From assembly GCA_028534125.1 (NCBI GenBank), contig CM052816.1:7318001-7381564 (forward strand): DNA of 63,564 nucleotides, in the 5' to 3' direction. This document shows positions 25,501 through 41,258 of this stretch, in pieces (the first letter of the stretch is position 1; each line of letters begins with the position of its first letter). A program made the position numbers and the translations under genes. The DNA is from Lama glama. Lineage: Eukaryota. Under the pieces are notes generated by a model. The model saw only the letters and a list, made by a program, of their open reading frames with translations, ran no database searches and was not told where the DNA came from.

Positions 25501-28500
25501 AGGCAGTGGGATACTGGGAATTTCTTCTTCACTTACTCCAGATCTAGACGTTCTTCAAATGTTTTTATATTAACTTTCTCTTTTCGAGCAATATTTCAGT
25601 AGAAACTAAAAATTAGGCTCAAAGTCGTAGTTAGGCATGAAGGCAAGCGTAGGGATCAGATCCCCTTGGTCCCTTACAGCTGAGGCCCTGTGACAGCTCC
25701 CGCGGTGGGGAAGGGGGCACAGTGCGCAGCTAACAAATGCTGCTGTCCTTTTACTTTGTAGTTGCAAAACTGAGACGCCTGAAAAGTCAAAAAGAGTTGA
25801 GAAGCCACTATTTGGACTTGGACGCTTCATGCTTGAAAGTGTATGGCTGCTTGGAATGTTTTACATTCCAGTCTAAACAGGCTTCTTAACTGAGATGGCT
25901 TTATTGTTACTGCATCTTCAACAATAGGTTTGTGCCATTCTCATACTTAACTGAAGTAAATCGTTTCATGTGGCAAATGGCACAGAGAATCAGTACAAAT
26001 CTCTGAGGGACAGGTTAGTGCCTCAAGGAATCCAAAGAAACTACTCTTTCTACACCTCTGGCCTCCCCCAGGTGGAGCCAGCTGCTCCAGCTTCTTCTAC
26101 ACAAAGCTCTGGACATAAGGTGAGCTGCTCAGTCTGCGTGTCCACACATATGGGCTGGAAGTAAATACTGTCCCATACAAAACCAGAACAAAATAAGCAC
26201 CAATCTCTGATGTGCGTATTTTCCCGTCCTCTCCTCTCCAGTAGCGTGAAATTGAGCATCAAAAAGTAGACACAACCATCTTTAGGGGACGGGGAAGAGT
26301 GGTAAGAAAGTTGAATTCCAAGTGGAAAAAAAAATGAGGCTGGACCAAATTCTCCTGCTTCCCTTGGAGATGGAGGGTGAGGGAAGAGGAAGAAAAGTTG
26401 GAGGAAAGACAAAAAATCCCGAATATCAGTAAAACAAGCTGCCATTAAAGTTTATGGGAATAACTGAAAACAATCAGCTATATCAAAGATCTAAAAGCAT
26501 ATGCCAATTAACCTTCTGCAAAAGGATCTGAAGGTACAGAGAAACAAAAACAAAATGAACTCACATAAATGCAATTAAGTTGGTGCTATAGTGAAATGTA
26601 TCTCTTGAATCCCACAGTCACTTCAAAGTCTCCAGGGAAAGCAAGAGAAGCAGAGTGCTCAGAGATGAAGAGGCTGCACCCTTTAATAGGATGACACTGC
26701 AATGCTAAGTCACAACAGATCACAGGAGAAGGGGAAAAACAACCCAAAGCACTTGAAGATCAAAAGCAGCTTGTGCCCTTGGAGAGTCATACTGTAGAAG
26801 GGAGGTGAGACCCACAGACAGTGCTAGGAATAGCGGAGCGAAAACCAAGAGGCATCTAAGGATAGCAATGAGGTCTATGAATCAGAGACTGCTGGCTCCT
26901 GCAGGGCTCAGTGGAGAGGATCCTGGCAGGAAGTGAAACATATGCTCCTGAAGGCTGAGCCAGGCTTGAGAAGAAATCGGGGCAGTGAGAGGAGTCAGGG
27001 CCAGCTCGCCGCTCCAGCTCTTCTGGCAGGCACAGCACATTTTACCCAGAAGACCTACTTTCTCTAGAGGAACCACTTTGAAACAAAGCCCATTATTTGA
27101 ACTATCCCTGTCCTTTCTTCCAACACCCCCTGGATTCAAGAATTGGGGCCCTGAGGTTTGACCTTATGAAGACTTGTCACATGGAAACTGTCTCCTCAAT
27201 ACTCAGACTTAACCCATTCACAGAGGAAACATATGCATTTGATCAAAGTATCCAGAGTTGCCAGCAGGATTCAGGAGTAAAATTGAGAGTCCAAGCATCC
27301 TATCTTATCACACATTAAGTTAATTTACTAGAAAAGTAAGTTAGCTCACATTCCTTTCTTTTCAGTCGCTCTAGGGCAGCAGTGGCCTGCAGGCAGCCCA
27401 GGTCACTGGGTCAGTTGCAGAGTGGGCTGTTTTATAAGCTAGTCTAGAAGGGAGCTGGAAGGGTGGCCAAATACAGGCTATAAGAAATCAGATTCTTGGT
27501 TTCCATCAGCTCCCTGGGGCTGGAGAATCCAAGGTGTCCACCCTTTGCCCCGCTTCTACCCAGGTCCTCTCTGTAAGACATCTTCAGCAGGAGAGCTGCC
27601 CAAGATTAAATCAGAAGATCAAGGGAAGGCCCTTTGTTCCTCATCTCCAGTCAGTTCTTTCTACACAGATCCAGGATGCTGAACTTCCACCTCCTGTCCT
27701 AGAAGTAATATGAGGTAGACAACTGCAGGTGGCCCAAGGAGGTCCATTCTGGGATGGGCGCTAGTATGCTCCCCACGTTTGCTGTGGTGGAAGGAAAGGA
27801 TGACAGCCTCTTGCCAGCCCTGCTCTTGCTAACAGGCAACCAATACAGTCATTTCTGACTTTCCAGACGATGAACATATGCTAGATAACTTTCACATCAT
27901 TTATCCCTAAAACACTCCATTTTGGTTCAATCAAAAAGTCATACAGACCTATATTTATTCCAAAAACTGGGAATTTTTCCAGAAGCTTGGACTGGATAAT
28001 TTAAGGAAAATCCCAGTGAAGTCTTAATATGATAAGCAAAGATGTTTCTTTTCCCAAAAGAATAAAATAAAATAAAAGCCCAATATAGTAAAAAAAAAAG
28101 ACATCTCTAATTCAAGCATTTCAATTTGGAAAGAAATTTCAAAATTACCTAGAAATTTAAACTAGATATTATAGACCAATTTATTCAGAGGTTCTCTATT
28201 CTATCAACTCACAGAAGCTGTCCCTCCCCCAAAAAGAAAAATTTATTTTTATTTTTAAATTTATACCAGTTTTAACCAACAGCAAATAGGGTGATATCTC
28301 TAAACTCATACTCCTGGGTGTATGGTCAGGGAAGAGGAATAAAACACAAAGTGATAAATCAAACACCTGGGCTAATCAATAAACATTTTCTAAGAAACAT
28401 TTAGTAAGACCAAAACCCCAAAATGTCTAGAATAGTATCAAACAGTCTCAAAATGAAATCCAAGGAACAGATTGTCACCCTGGAAACAAAATTATTTGAA

Positions 28501-28886
28501 AAAAACAAATAAATATAAACCCACTACCAAAGTAACCTATAGTCCTCATTATGCATATGGGTTAAACAGCTTTCTTTGAGACTTTTGCCATATTTCATAT
28601 GGAACAGTTACTGCACATGTTTACTATGAATTACGACCATCGCCATCACATTTTAGGCCACATCTATAAATAAACCGCTGCTCTCATTCCAGCGTCCTTT
28701 AGAGAACACCCATAATCAGTTCATTCCCTCTGTGGACGTGCCTCAACTGTGAAACAGACGGCGCACCAAGTTTTCTGCTCACAAAACACTGGCCGTTTCA
28801 CTACAACACAAGCTCTCGCTCGTGAAAGCCCCAAGGACTAGGTGCCCTCTCAGAAAAAACAGACCAGGCAATGACCTGGTCTTCTA

Positions 28887-29084
<198 letters not shown>

Positions 29085-29225
29085 TCAGAGCCACTCCATG
29101 CGCTCATATACCAGCAGTCAGAGTGCAAAACGGTCCAGTGGCAATTTGGCTATATGCATCCAAGTTACAAACACACGTGTCCTTTGGACTGAGCAAATTT
29201 GGGTCTAGGGATTTATGTTGCTACA

Positions 29226-29310
29226 GGGGTAGAGGAATAGCTCAGTGGTAGTAAGCATGCTGGAGGTCCCAGGTTCAATCCCCAGTACCACCATTTAAAG
29301 AAAAAAAATT
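29226..29310 (+). mobile_element. tRNA-derived SINE (Vic-1-like), internally deleted, inside an old L1M
   Basis: A box tagctcagtggta, B box ggttcaatcc, then cccagtacc and an A tail. Confidence 0.75.
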
Positions 29311-30634
29311 TTTAAGGTCACTGCAGCATCATTTAAGTCTTAAAGACTGAAGAGTTTAAATTTTAATCAGTGGGGAACTGGCTAAATAAATTACAGCACT
29401 CCCATACAGCTGTTAAAAAGGAAGAGACAGAATTCCAGGTACTAACACAGAACTAGCTCCATAAAATGCGATGAAAAGAAAAAACCATGAAGCAGAATAG
29501 TGTCAACAGTGCGCTACCAACTGTCCAAGAAAGAAAAAAGAGGGAAAAACACTCTCCCTCATACACACACATGCATGTGACATTCTTACATACATCAAAT
29601 CTCTCCAGTAGGAAACACAAAAAAATGGTAATATGGTTGCCTCTGAAGTGGAAAACTGTAGAACTGGGAACCTGGAGAGGCAAGTGGAAACTTCACATTT
29701 CTAGTATGCCTTTTTTGAACATTTATAAACTTTTCCACAGGTATACATCCTCTCAAAAATAAAAACAATTAAAAACACAAATTAAATGTAACAAGTCTAT
29801 TTATAATCCTTTCCATCCAAGACATTGCTCCCTAGAATCAGATGGCGACCACACATGACCAAAAGGCAGGACCACAATCCATTTTCCCACTCCACTATGG
29901 CCACCATCCTACCACTGCTTCATGGGCAGCTTCTCAGGGAGACTGTCAGTCACCATAGGATAGCTCTGTCTTATCCCAGGCCTAGGACTGTGCAGAGTAG
30001 AAAGTAAGTCTGATTGATAAGCACTAGTTTAATGATCTGACATCATCATTAAAGAGAAAGTCACCTTGCTCCTAAGCAAAGCCCTACTTCAAACAAGACT
30101 CTTGTACATAATGGAGCGAGAAACAGTAGCCTCCTTCCCTTGTTGGAAATCTATTTAAAAGCAGTCATTATATTGTGCATGATGTGCACTGAATTCCTCT
30201 GTGGTTGAACTTAATACCCAAAAGATGTTCTAATGCTATAAAGCAGGAAGACACCCTGGGAGAGGCTGAGATTGACAAAAGGTCTTATTTGCTCCAAGGA
30301 TAGATAATAAAAACTCTTTGCAAAAAAACCAGCAGGTGGCTCTATAATTAAATCCAGTGCAGCACTAAAGCCTTCTGGAGTGCTGGGAAGTCTGGAATCA
30401 GGATAGTCACCTGCTGGGACAGCCAAATAAGCCTCATCCGAGTGGAGGCAGAAAGATTAGGGCAGCTGGGTTTGGAATATCAGAGGAAAGATGACAGATG
30501 CTCAGCTGTGGCTTCAGATTATGTGGACTGCTTCTGCTTCTCCTCATCTATTTATCTCCAGTTATGCCGAGCTACCACCTGATTCTTCTCTCTTGAAAGG
30601 TCAGGGACATTTGGAAATTTAAAAGCAGACATCA

Positions 30635-30761
30635 AAAGAATATGAAAACAAATATACGTACGTTCATGTATGACTGAAGTATTATGCTGTACACCAGAAA
30701 TTGACACAACACTGTAAACTGTGTTTCAATAAAAAATATATATTAAAAAATAAAATAAAAT
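30635..30761 (+). mobile_element. Short L1 3'-end insertion with TSD
   Basis: gctgtacaccagaaattgacacaaca...tcaataaaaa tail; TSD aaaagcagacatca (30621-30634) / aaaagcagccatca (30762-30775) at a TTT/AAAA endonuclease site. Confidence 0.85.
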
Positions 30762-32089
30762 AAAAGCAGCCATCAGAGGGAAAGAGAAAGACTTTCTGAA
30801 AACAATGGCCCATTTCAGGCTACTGTCTGGCTGGCTAAACAACAAACCTAGTTAGTCCCCAGAGCCCGGTGGATTAGGGTGTCCTGTGCTAAGTACTGAT
30901 ACTACTGAAAAAGCATTTTTCTCAATTTTCTCAATCTGTCCTTGCACAATGCCTCACAGATCAGAGCTGTAAAACACACACAGGCAGGTCAAGCAGGCCA
31001 GCCTGAAAGGTTACAGTGATCCACAGGGCACTTGACAAGCTTCTCAGCATCTGCTCACAGACGCTCTCTGCAATGAAGTTCTAATCTTCCAAACAGAACT
31101 GCTAGGACACCTCCTCTGACAACCACCATTTTAGGAAGCATTTAAGTATGTCGAGGTGTCTCCCTACAATACAGCAACCAAGACTTAGGGAAAGTGAGAT
31201 GCAAAAGGGCTCCTGACCCACCCTGGCCCACGGTGAGAAGCTCCACCTGCACATGGAGTGGATGACAGCCAAGGAACAGACACAGCGGAAGCTGGGAACC
31301 AGGATGGTTTGTCCTCCTCTCTGCCCATCTATTTGGAATGATTCAAGGTCAGTGGACTACTCACTTGGCCTCTGTAGGCTCAGATCTCCAGGGAGAAATG
31401 GCATATTAGTCAGCTGATCAACCATCCCACAGAGCATAGTCTCCACTGGAACGATTCATCCCAACAAAGCATCAAGCTCAGGGCAGCATCCTACTTCTCC
31501 ATCGTAGCAGCACATATTACAAAGCTCACGCATGTCCTGTGATCTTCATGACACTCCTGGCAAGAAGAAATGACTGTTCCTGGTTCCCCGGAAGGGGGAA
31601 TTGAGGCAGGGAGGAGCTGTGATTTGTACAAGGCCACAGAGCAGGGACATGGCAAGATCACCTCTATCCTGTGCCCAGTGACTTCCTGAAAAACCTCTCC
31701 TCATTTATAAATGCTCAGTCTCACTGCTTAGTCTCCTGTCATTCAAAAATCTTCTACTAGGTTTTGATCGTGGAGAACTAGATGTCTGCTGCCCTCAGAG
31801 CTTACAGCGTGGAGAAATCACAGTACAGGTAAACATTCAACTACAACAGAATGGAATAAGAATTAGGACAGGATCCTAACGGGATCCCATGGGAGCAGAG
31901 AGAAGCAATAGCCTAGGCTTGAAGTTGCAGCTGGTCAGTGAGACATCAGAGAAGTTTCTCAAACAGAGGCTAAGCCTTCCGGCTGAGCAGGAATTAGGTG
32001 GGGGTGGGGCTAAAGCCTGAGCGGCCCTGACTGCATAGAAGAGTTTTGTCTTTATCATAAGAGCAAAGGGAAGCCTTTGAGCCTTCTCA

Positions 32090-32536
<447 letters not shown>

Positions 32537-35157
32537 CTAGGAGAGTAGTGAGAGAGGAGAAAGCACAGAATGAAGCAGTGTTAAAGGCCAAAACAAAACA
32601 ACACATAATATTCTCAGAAGAAAAGTAACTACGCTATCCCCGGAATTCCCCCAAAGGCATTGTCACGTCCTTTACAAGACAGACAAATGAAAGCTGTTTC
32701 ATCAGAAGTTATGCTCGCCAAGTTGAGCTGGAGGAGACCTGGAGCCCACTGTCTAAGCCAGGAAGTTCTAGGAAGTAAGAGTGGGTAGGCCTGGAACCTG
32801 GGTCCTGGCGCAGGCCGGCTCTCTGCCTCCTGCTAGGAGATCCCTGTGGACTGGGAGTGCTCTTTGTCCCTCGAGTACAGATCGTGCCCACCTGGCCCAA
32901 TGGGGAAGAGAGGCTGGTGTTGGCATAGCCAGCTGTACCTCACCTGAGACTACAGCTCTGCTAACCTGTCCCAAGAATGCAAAATATAGGTCATGGAAAA
33001 CTGCCACTCCAGTTCCCAGAAACTGCTTCCTTACCTCACAAAGGGTGGGCACTAGCAATGACAAGTTAAACCTCCAAGTTAGAGAAACTGAGGTGCTGGG
33101 GGTGGCATGACTTAATAGAGGATCTTGGAGACTGAGAATTTTTGAGATGTATAACAAAACCCTGTTTCCAGACTCCTAATTCAAACCACTGACCCTTGGG
33201 GCCTCCATCCTCTTAGCAGAGGACTTTAACATTACCTGAAGCCAAGGAAAGGCACCTTATGAAGACTGGGTGATATAGGGAATGGGAAAATAGCAGGTGT
33301 GAGTATGGCAATCTTCGTGATCTGCTGTCAACTGCATCTGGCTGGGCTGATGAGGAAAAGCAACTCAGGCCCATGCCTAACTGTACCACCAACCGTCTTT
33401 GACCTTGTCATCATGCACGTTTTCCTTGAGGGCCTGTGACTATGAGGCAGAGCGGGCCTGAGGGTCTGAGCCAGACACATCTGGAAGATGGCAGACACCA
33501 CCTGCTGCAGGCCTGGGGCTCTAGGGGGCATCATGGCTCTGTATCTCCAACTGGCCCACAGCATCCCCCCACCAGCTCAAGGGGCTCAAGCTTAAGCAGA
33601 TCCACATCCACTGAGAAACAGTTTCTAAGCTTTCCTCCAGTTTCCTTCTATGCAGTCTCGGGAGCCAGAAGGTAGGACACTCATCTCCTCCAGGCCGGCC
33701 CGCCCAGGCCAGGGGTGCAAACACAGAGACAGAAAGTGAACCCACAGTGAGCCCAGCACTTTTCCCAGACTCGATGCAACAGCCCTCAGATCCAAACCAA
33801 GAGTCAAGACAGCAGTGTCTACATTGTGAAAAGAGAAAACATGGACAAATCTTGAAGTAACAGATAATGACAATTACAGAGTGACTCTGTGTCCAAGCCT
33901 CACCTAATGAAATGAAGCAAAGAACACTCTCCACCCTGTGCTGTTAGGGAAAACTGATCAATCCAGTACAATGCTTCTGAAGAACCCAGGGTCCCGGGAA
34001 TCTTCCTAAACTTATTCAGCCTCTTTCCAGTCCCGAGGGCTCAGGCCCTCTTTCTCCTGCTGTAACACTGGGCCCTTCAGGCCTCCGCCCCAGCAGCAGG
34101 GAAAACATGTATGTTTGTGAATCGAGGTGAGACATTCTTCCCAGGCAATGGGAAGGCCTAAGAAACAGCACAGGGGAAGTTTTAAAACCTCAGGACAATC
34201 ACATCCACACAATCACTCAAAAAGCCTCCCCTGTGGTGCCAGAGCCTTAACACGTCCCATTGACACCACTGGGGCAGTTCCTCAGATTCTGACAAAAAAT
34301 GTCCAGCTTCTAGGTTCTCTTAAAAGTGTACAAGGTGACAGGGAAATCAAATGGGGACAAAAAGATATTCCAGGAAAGGAGAAGTATCTTCCCATTTCCT
34401 AAGACCTTGGCCAATAGAGCTCATCATTTTCTTCAGAGAAGAATTCTAGACCTTTGTGATGAAAAACTCAAACAAAAATCAAACTAGGTACATCGAGTTA
34501 CCAGATTTCTCTCTTTAGGAGAAGAATTTGGTGGAATCACAGTAACAGTGGTGGGGAAGCTGAGCTATGAGTGAAGGCTACTCATTTGCACAAGGAAAAT
34601 ACTGCACACCAATGTTCCAGGGCACAGAAATTATTCATACATGTATTGACTGTGCAATAAAATCAACAGTATTATTGATAAAAATAAAAATTATTAATGC
34701 TCATCATGTGTCAGGGGCCATGCAAAGCACTTTACACACACATCTCATTTAATCCTAACAACTGCTCAACACTGAACTCACTTTTCAGAAGCAAACAATG
34801 AAGGCGCTCTGAGAAGTTAGGTCCTTGCACAAGGTCACACAGCACCTCTTTGGCAGAGCTGGGCCTCACCTCAAGTCAGTCTGACTCTAGACCTTGCATT
34901 CCCAATTGCCACGCATTAATGCTGACTGCACACACAGGACATGAGTGTACATAAGAGGGGGCTTGAAGGGAAACATTCTCAAATAACATACAACTTTCAA
35001 AGGTGGAGCTAGGAAACTTGAATGGAATCCCTGAAATGCTGTTCATTAACTGTCCAGTAAGTCTCAGAAGATAATTTCGAATAGCATTTCTTCAGCATTC
35101 CTTAAAGCAGGCCTCAAGGACACCGAGAGCACCAGAGAATCCCAATGCAACTCTTAC

Positions 35158-35256
35158 CATCCCAATGCCTTCAAACGCAAAAATGGCTGTGCCAAAGAAC
35201 AGAGGGTAGGTCTTCCAGGATGCCACCAAGGGGAGGTGGGTAGGGTCTGGGATCTC
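35158..35256 (-). CDS. SLC36A1: SLC36A1 exon 8
   Basis: 99 nt, cag/gtaag junctions; [33 protein letters not shown]. Confidence 0.96.
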
Positions 35257-36242
35257 CTGAAAGAGAGAAAATAAAACAGAGCAAAGGCTATACGCAGATT
35301 CATGATTTCGACCCCAACCTCAGGTCAAACTTTTCCTAAATCCAAGATTCTCTGAAGGGAGAAAATCTAACACCTGACAGATGATTTGGGGTCATTTATA
35401 GCTTTTCTATTTTGTTCTTCAAGCTGAGAAAACTCTACTTGCTTTGGGGAAAGACCAGCCCAACGTACCATTAAAAACTCAAATGTTGGAGCCAGAAAAA
35501 AAAGGAATCATATTCTTTCACTAGGTAATCCCATCCCCAGAAATATAATTCGAGTAGAAAAAAATGATCAAAATACAAAAAAAGTTGAGGAAAGCTTTTT
35601 AACAGTAAGTAATAGCAACCTAAATGTTCCCAAACAACTGAACAGTTGGTCTACTGCACGTCAACTATACCACAGAATACTATACACTATTAAAAAGTAA
35701 AACAAGAGATAACTAAGTAGTACATGAAAAACTGCTTACAAAATAATGGCAAGAAAAATGTTTTTAAAATTTACATATTCACCATGATTTAACATAAACA
35801 CTGCACACAAATAAAGCTGGAAGAGAAGATGGTAGATTTTTAGATGAGCTCTTTCTCTTTTTTTCTCTATTGTTCTTTCTTTTTTGAAAAAATTCTGTGA
35901 ATCAATTTGAGCACTTGGGAAATATTATCAATAGGCAAACAACAGGAGTTACTGGAACATTTGGGGAAAAATAGCAAAAACAGCATTTTAAAAAGTAGGT
36001 AAATAAAAACCTATTTATATAAATAAAGTAAAAGACAATTGTTAACTGCAAGTACAATGTAAGGATGAACCTACCCAGCAGACCAATGAGCAGCAGTCCC
36101 CAGTGATGGATGGCACTGAAGGAACGGGATTCAGAGCAGGCAGAAGCTGCCTTCCTTTTAGAATCTGACTTTTTATGCCATGTGCATACATTGCTTAGCT
36201 TAAAATTTAAAACGACTTTAAAACTTCCTTTTACAATATTTT

Positions 36243-36374
36243 TTTTTAAAAAAAAATGGGGGGGGGCATAATTAGGTTTATTTATTTATTTAATGGAGGT
36301 ACTGGGGATTGAACCCAAGACCTCTTGCATGCTAGGCATGCACTCTACCACTGAGCAAAAACATACCCTCCCCA
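36243..36374 (-). mobile_element. tRNA-derived SINE (Vic-1-like) with 16-bp TSD
   Basis: ggaggtactggggattgaaccc...gcatgcactctaccactgagc...ataccctcccc; TSD ccttttacaatatttt at 36227-36242 and 36375-36390. Confidence 0.88.
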
Positions 36375-39275
36375 CCTTTTACAATATTTTAAAATTAACT
36401 TAGCTATAGAGGTATCCAGAGAAATACAGGACATGTTCTAACAATGTGACAGAATAATATCAGAGAACAAAAAGAGATCTAATATTAATCTCTGTAATAG
36501 GTTTCTCTTTGAAAGATTTTAAAGCAATTATACTATAGTTTTCCTAAAATATAACTACTTTTTAAAATACTTCTTTTCTGAGCCCCTGCTAAGAAATCAG
36601 TTAGATCTCTTTATAAAGAAGCACTTCAGTTCCTTGAATGAAGACAGCTAATAAATATTTTTGTTCTTCAATGAAACAAGAGGCTGAGATTGCCCTGTAA
36701 TTATTCCTGAGTCACTGTGTAACTTAAGTTCCTGGAAACTGGAGCAATCTGTTGGTTAGTGGCTGACTACTGTCCAGGTTCATACAACAGATCAAGCTAT
36801 GGTATCAGAGAAGGAATTTTAAAATACATGTGTGGGGATACCAATGTGGCTGAGACCAACAAAATGAGTTCATAATTCTACATACTTAATGACTGCTGTT
36901 GATTTATACCCCAACCAACTAAACAGAAAACGTTTAATTGGCAAAGAAACATACAAATTAAAATCAGCTCACTTTCAACATGTTATCTCTTCATGCTGAC
37001 AACACTATTTTATAATAATAACAGCTTTTCGAAAAACTGCTGTTAAATGTACATAAGGACTGCCAGATGTACTCCAATTTTGGAAATGTTATAACTGTGA
37101 AAAAATGCATCTCAGAACTGAAGATATACAGTGATAAAGCATTTCCTGGGAGCCCCTGTGGGCGAGGTACTCTGCTTGGCACTGCGCCGTTTATCATGCA
37201 CATGACAAAGAGACCTGCTGAGGGGAAGACATCATTCGGCTTCCCAGGATGGCGTGGGGCAGAGGAGCAACAGCACTGGCCACAGACATGTGCGTGATCA
37301 GGTGAAAATTCAGCAACTATGGACAGCAGAGGAATTGTCAAAGTGAAGAGGGCAAAATACCAAGATGGGACAGTAACAGCAGCAACCAAAACAACCCAGA
37401 GGGAATCTTTATCTCTGCACCAGGTCAAAATGAAGCTGCTGGACCCACTGCCAAACCACCATTCTCCCATCCTGTTCCCTGGGCAGACGGCACTACTGGA
37501 TCACAAGACACCTTCAGGCTGAGCCCAGAGGCGGGCTCAGAGTCACTCTCAGGAAATAAGCAGGGCTGCCTCGGCCCAAAGCGCAGGTTGTACTAGTTGT
37601 AGACAACGCTTTAGACAGATACCCACTGGGACTGAGATGCTATGGAACCCGCACTCCCATCCCAGCCCTCTGATCACAGTAACCACTGCAGTCCCATTGC
37701 CTGCGGTGGTTTAAATTTAATGTGGCGTCTCCGTGAGGTCATCTCACTCCCTTGTCCTTCATGTTCACTGCAGTGTGTCCTGGGCACCGTCTGAGGTCTC
37801 TAATTACACATAATTACCTTTCCTTGTTTTAACTTAATTGGCCAGAGAAAGAAACTCTTCTGGAAATAGTCATTCATGTGTTCATAGTTCCTCTTTTCAG
37901 TTCCATAAAAAACAGGACATGGACAGCTGTCTAATTTATGTTTTAGAAAATAGTTCTGCAGGAGAAGACAAAGTATCTGCCACCAACTTGACTTACCAGG
38001 AAAAGGGAAAAACAGTAAATGCTCACTGACTACAATTTTAATCTAAGTCCATTACGTCATTTTCTCAGTACAGGAAGTCCTTGTGTTTTATAACCCACTG
38101 TTTTCCTAGAAACTACACCAGTAGCACACTAGGTTACACAGGGTAACCAGGTCACTGTTAAGCAGACTGTGAAAATGAAGTAATGTTTACCTGTCAGACT
38201 GACCCAAATTAAAAAGATTGATAGATCCAGCGCTGGCTAGCATGGGTCGCTTATGCACCGTGGAAAGGAGTCAATAAGAAATTGGTAAATAGCTTTTGGA
38301 AAAACCAAGTTGGCAATATAAAAAATTCCAAAGTGCATACTCTTGAGCAATTGTACCTTTAGCACCTCTAGATGTAAATCTTGGAGAAGTATTTATACAT
38401 GTCCACAAAAAGAAAGGCATAAGAGTATTCACTGTCATAATATTGAAATAATACTAAAGATTATAAATGACTAGACAGGCCACTGACTGGGGACTGGTTA
38501 AATTAACTATGAAACTATGGGATGTCTATTCTCTGAGTTAGCACTTAGTAACTTTAAAAAATGAGATAAAACCAGGTATATCAACATGGAAAGCTCTTTG
38601 AGGCACTGTGGAGGGAAAAAAAAAAAAGCAAAGTAGATGAACACTACATAAAGTACTTTTTTTAAATTATGTTAGAAAAACATGAGACAATAAATGTTTG
38701 TCTTATATATTTCTCTACATTGGAATACAGTGTGTAAATGCTTTCACAGAACCTAGAAACACACACAGTGGGTCCGGGAGAGGAGGAGACTCAGGGTGGG
38801 GATGTGATGTTCAACCGGTTTGTATTTTAATGAGTATGTATTGATGAGTTATTTGGGGAATTAAATTTAAAAACCTTTTTTTAAAAGTTACTCTTATATT
38901 CACCTGCTTTCACTCTTCCTTTTCTCAAGTCTTGGCAAAACGTCCACAAATAATGACGGTGTTTAAGGGCACATTTTTCTTAGCCTGATCTTCTACTCAT
39001 TTATATATAGATGTCCTCTCTTGCTCTGCCCCAAAGACCTGCCCACATGGGCTATGCAGGGGGGAGTAATAACTGAATTTATAATTTTGACAAATAAATA
39101 TAAAACTGGAGTGAAAAATAATAATAAAATAATATTTCTTATTATAATATATAAAGATGACTCACTTACTGTAAGAATACAAATTTTATAATTTAAGAGT
39201 CATCTTAAAATTTTTTCTCTATTACTCAATCTTATACAATGATCACGTATTAACTAACTGGGAAAAAGGCTAAAC

Positions 39276-39464
39276 CAGTTATCTCAATGGGGGTGATGTT
39301 GTCCTCCAGAGACGTTTGGTTGTCACAACTTGGGGAGTGGTTGCTACTGGAGTCTAGTGAATAGAGATCAAGATGCTGTGAAATGTCCCATGATGCACAG
39401 GATAGCCCCCACAACAAAGAATTATCTGGCCCAAATGTTACAGTGCCCAAGTTGAGAACCCCTA
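39276..39464 (+). mobile_element. MER20-like hAT element
   Basis: tttggttgtcacaact...tgctactgg...gcacaggatagcccccacaacaaagaattatctggcccaaatgt...gttgagaaccc. Confidence 0.85.
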
Positions 39465-39563
39465 ATCTGAGAATACCACTCATAAGTAACATACCCCTAT
39501 TTATGTTCCACTTACTTGTTTCTCTGATTATCTGACAGGCAGAGGGGGAGCCTGGGCTCGTAC

Positions 39564-39782
39564 CTGAACAATGAACTGGTAGATCATGACCAGGCTGACC
39601 AGCATGGAGATGTTGGCCAACAGGGAGAAGATGGAGAGCACTCGGAGGTTCCTGACGAATACCAGCAGCACCAGGAAGGGCAGGAAGGTGAGCATGTAGA
39701 GTCGCGAGTCCATGGTGGGTGTCAGAATCACCGTCTCGTTGCTGTGGCAGTTGTTGGTGGTCACATTGGCCGCTTCTATCAC
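39564..39782 (-). CDS. SLC36A1: SLC36A1 exon 7
   Basis: 219 nt, tag/gtacg junctions; [73 protein letters not shown] with sequons N174 and N183 and Cys180. Confidence 0.97.
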
Positions 39783-40170
39783 CTAGAATGAGGGGAAGAA
39801 AAGAAACAGAGAAAGCCTCTCAAATAACAAAGGCCAGTGGACCTCCCCTGAGAAGGGGTTCTTTACTAAAGGCTAGTGCGTGAACTAGGCCAGATAGAAA
39901 TTAGTGGTTGGTGAACCATCTTTGGAGATCTTCATAACTATCATTAGCAACCTAATTGTCTGAGCTGCATTTGATCATATCTTACCTAAAGACAGGGGGA
40001 CTGCAAGACATCTAGAGGTTTACTCCATGCCCTGGGTCTTAGATAAAATCAAACAAACAGCACTGTTCTATGAAAAGTGTTAAGATCTCTTACTTTGACC
40101 AAAACCTGGCCTGGAAGGGATCCTAAACAGAAAGTTCACTTCATCTCTTGCCATCTTTTCTTCATTTTCA

Positions 40171-40380
<210 letters not shown>

Positions 40381-41174
40381 TCATCACAGACTCTTCCCAT
40401 CAGGTGACAAGGATAAGTGTGCCCTGGTAAGAGGAGAAAGTGTGCCACGTGCCACTGGTCTAGAGCCTTGGAGGAAGGTGAGGGAGGCACCATCCGCATG
40501 GTTCCTGAGGTCCCTTTCCTGGCTTCACATCTGGAATGCGACACGGGGTCAGCCAGTCCTGAGACTGAACTGGCTGGAGCAGTGCACACACACCAGGACC
40601 ACTGCTCAGCCCCTTGGCTTCCCCCTCCCCATGGCCCACTTGTCCCATCTCACATTGTTTGTTCTAAAGCTCCAGGGAGCACTCAGCATAAAAGCCCAAG
40701 AAGTGGACCCCTTCACAGTCTCTTCCTATAACCTGGATCCAAGAACCACCTGATTCTCACATAAGGACACAGAAATAGATGTACCAAAACAGGCTGCTGG
40801 TTGAAGCACTGTTACAACAACAACAACTGGCGACAACCTAAGGGGCCATCAAAAGGAAAATGATTAAGTTATAGACCATTCTGAGATGGAACAGTATGCA
40901 GCAGATAAAAAGAACTTGTTAAAACTACGTGTGCTGATAAAAAAATGTCTAAGACTTTTAAGGGAGAAAAAAACAAGTTTCCAATCAGTACGCAGTATGG
41001 TCATTAGAGTAAAAATGGTACGAATGTGTATATGTTTGCACATATATAGAAAACTCCAAAATAACACCCACGCAACTGTGACCAGCATATACTTTTTCTC
41101 TTCACTTTATGTCCTTCTAGCTCATTCCAAAAAAAATTTTTCTTTACCAGGAGCACATATTAGTTTTATTACAG

Positions 41175-41258
41175 GAAGGGAGGAAAATAGAGAGGGATTA
41201 AGGAAGGAAGGAGGAGGAAGAGAGGAAGGAGAGAGGGAGGAGAGAAGAGAAGAAAGAA
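41175..41258. repeat. Purine-rich (GGAA/GGAG) low-complexity tract
   Basis: Almost exclusively G and A over ~80 bp. Confidence 0.75.

Noticed and set aside
29226..29290. tRNA-like A and B boxes
   Set aside because: No full cloverleaf; A-rich tail and related copies elsewhere identify it as a SINE, not a tRNA gene.
36991..37470. 159-aa hydrophobic intronic ORF on the SLC36A1 strand
   Set aside because: No recognisable homology or convincing exon boundaries, and the PAT1 CDS is complete without it.
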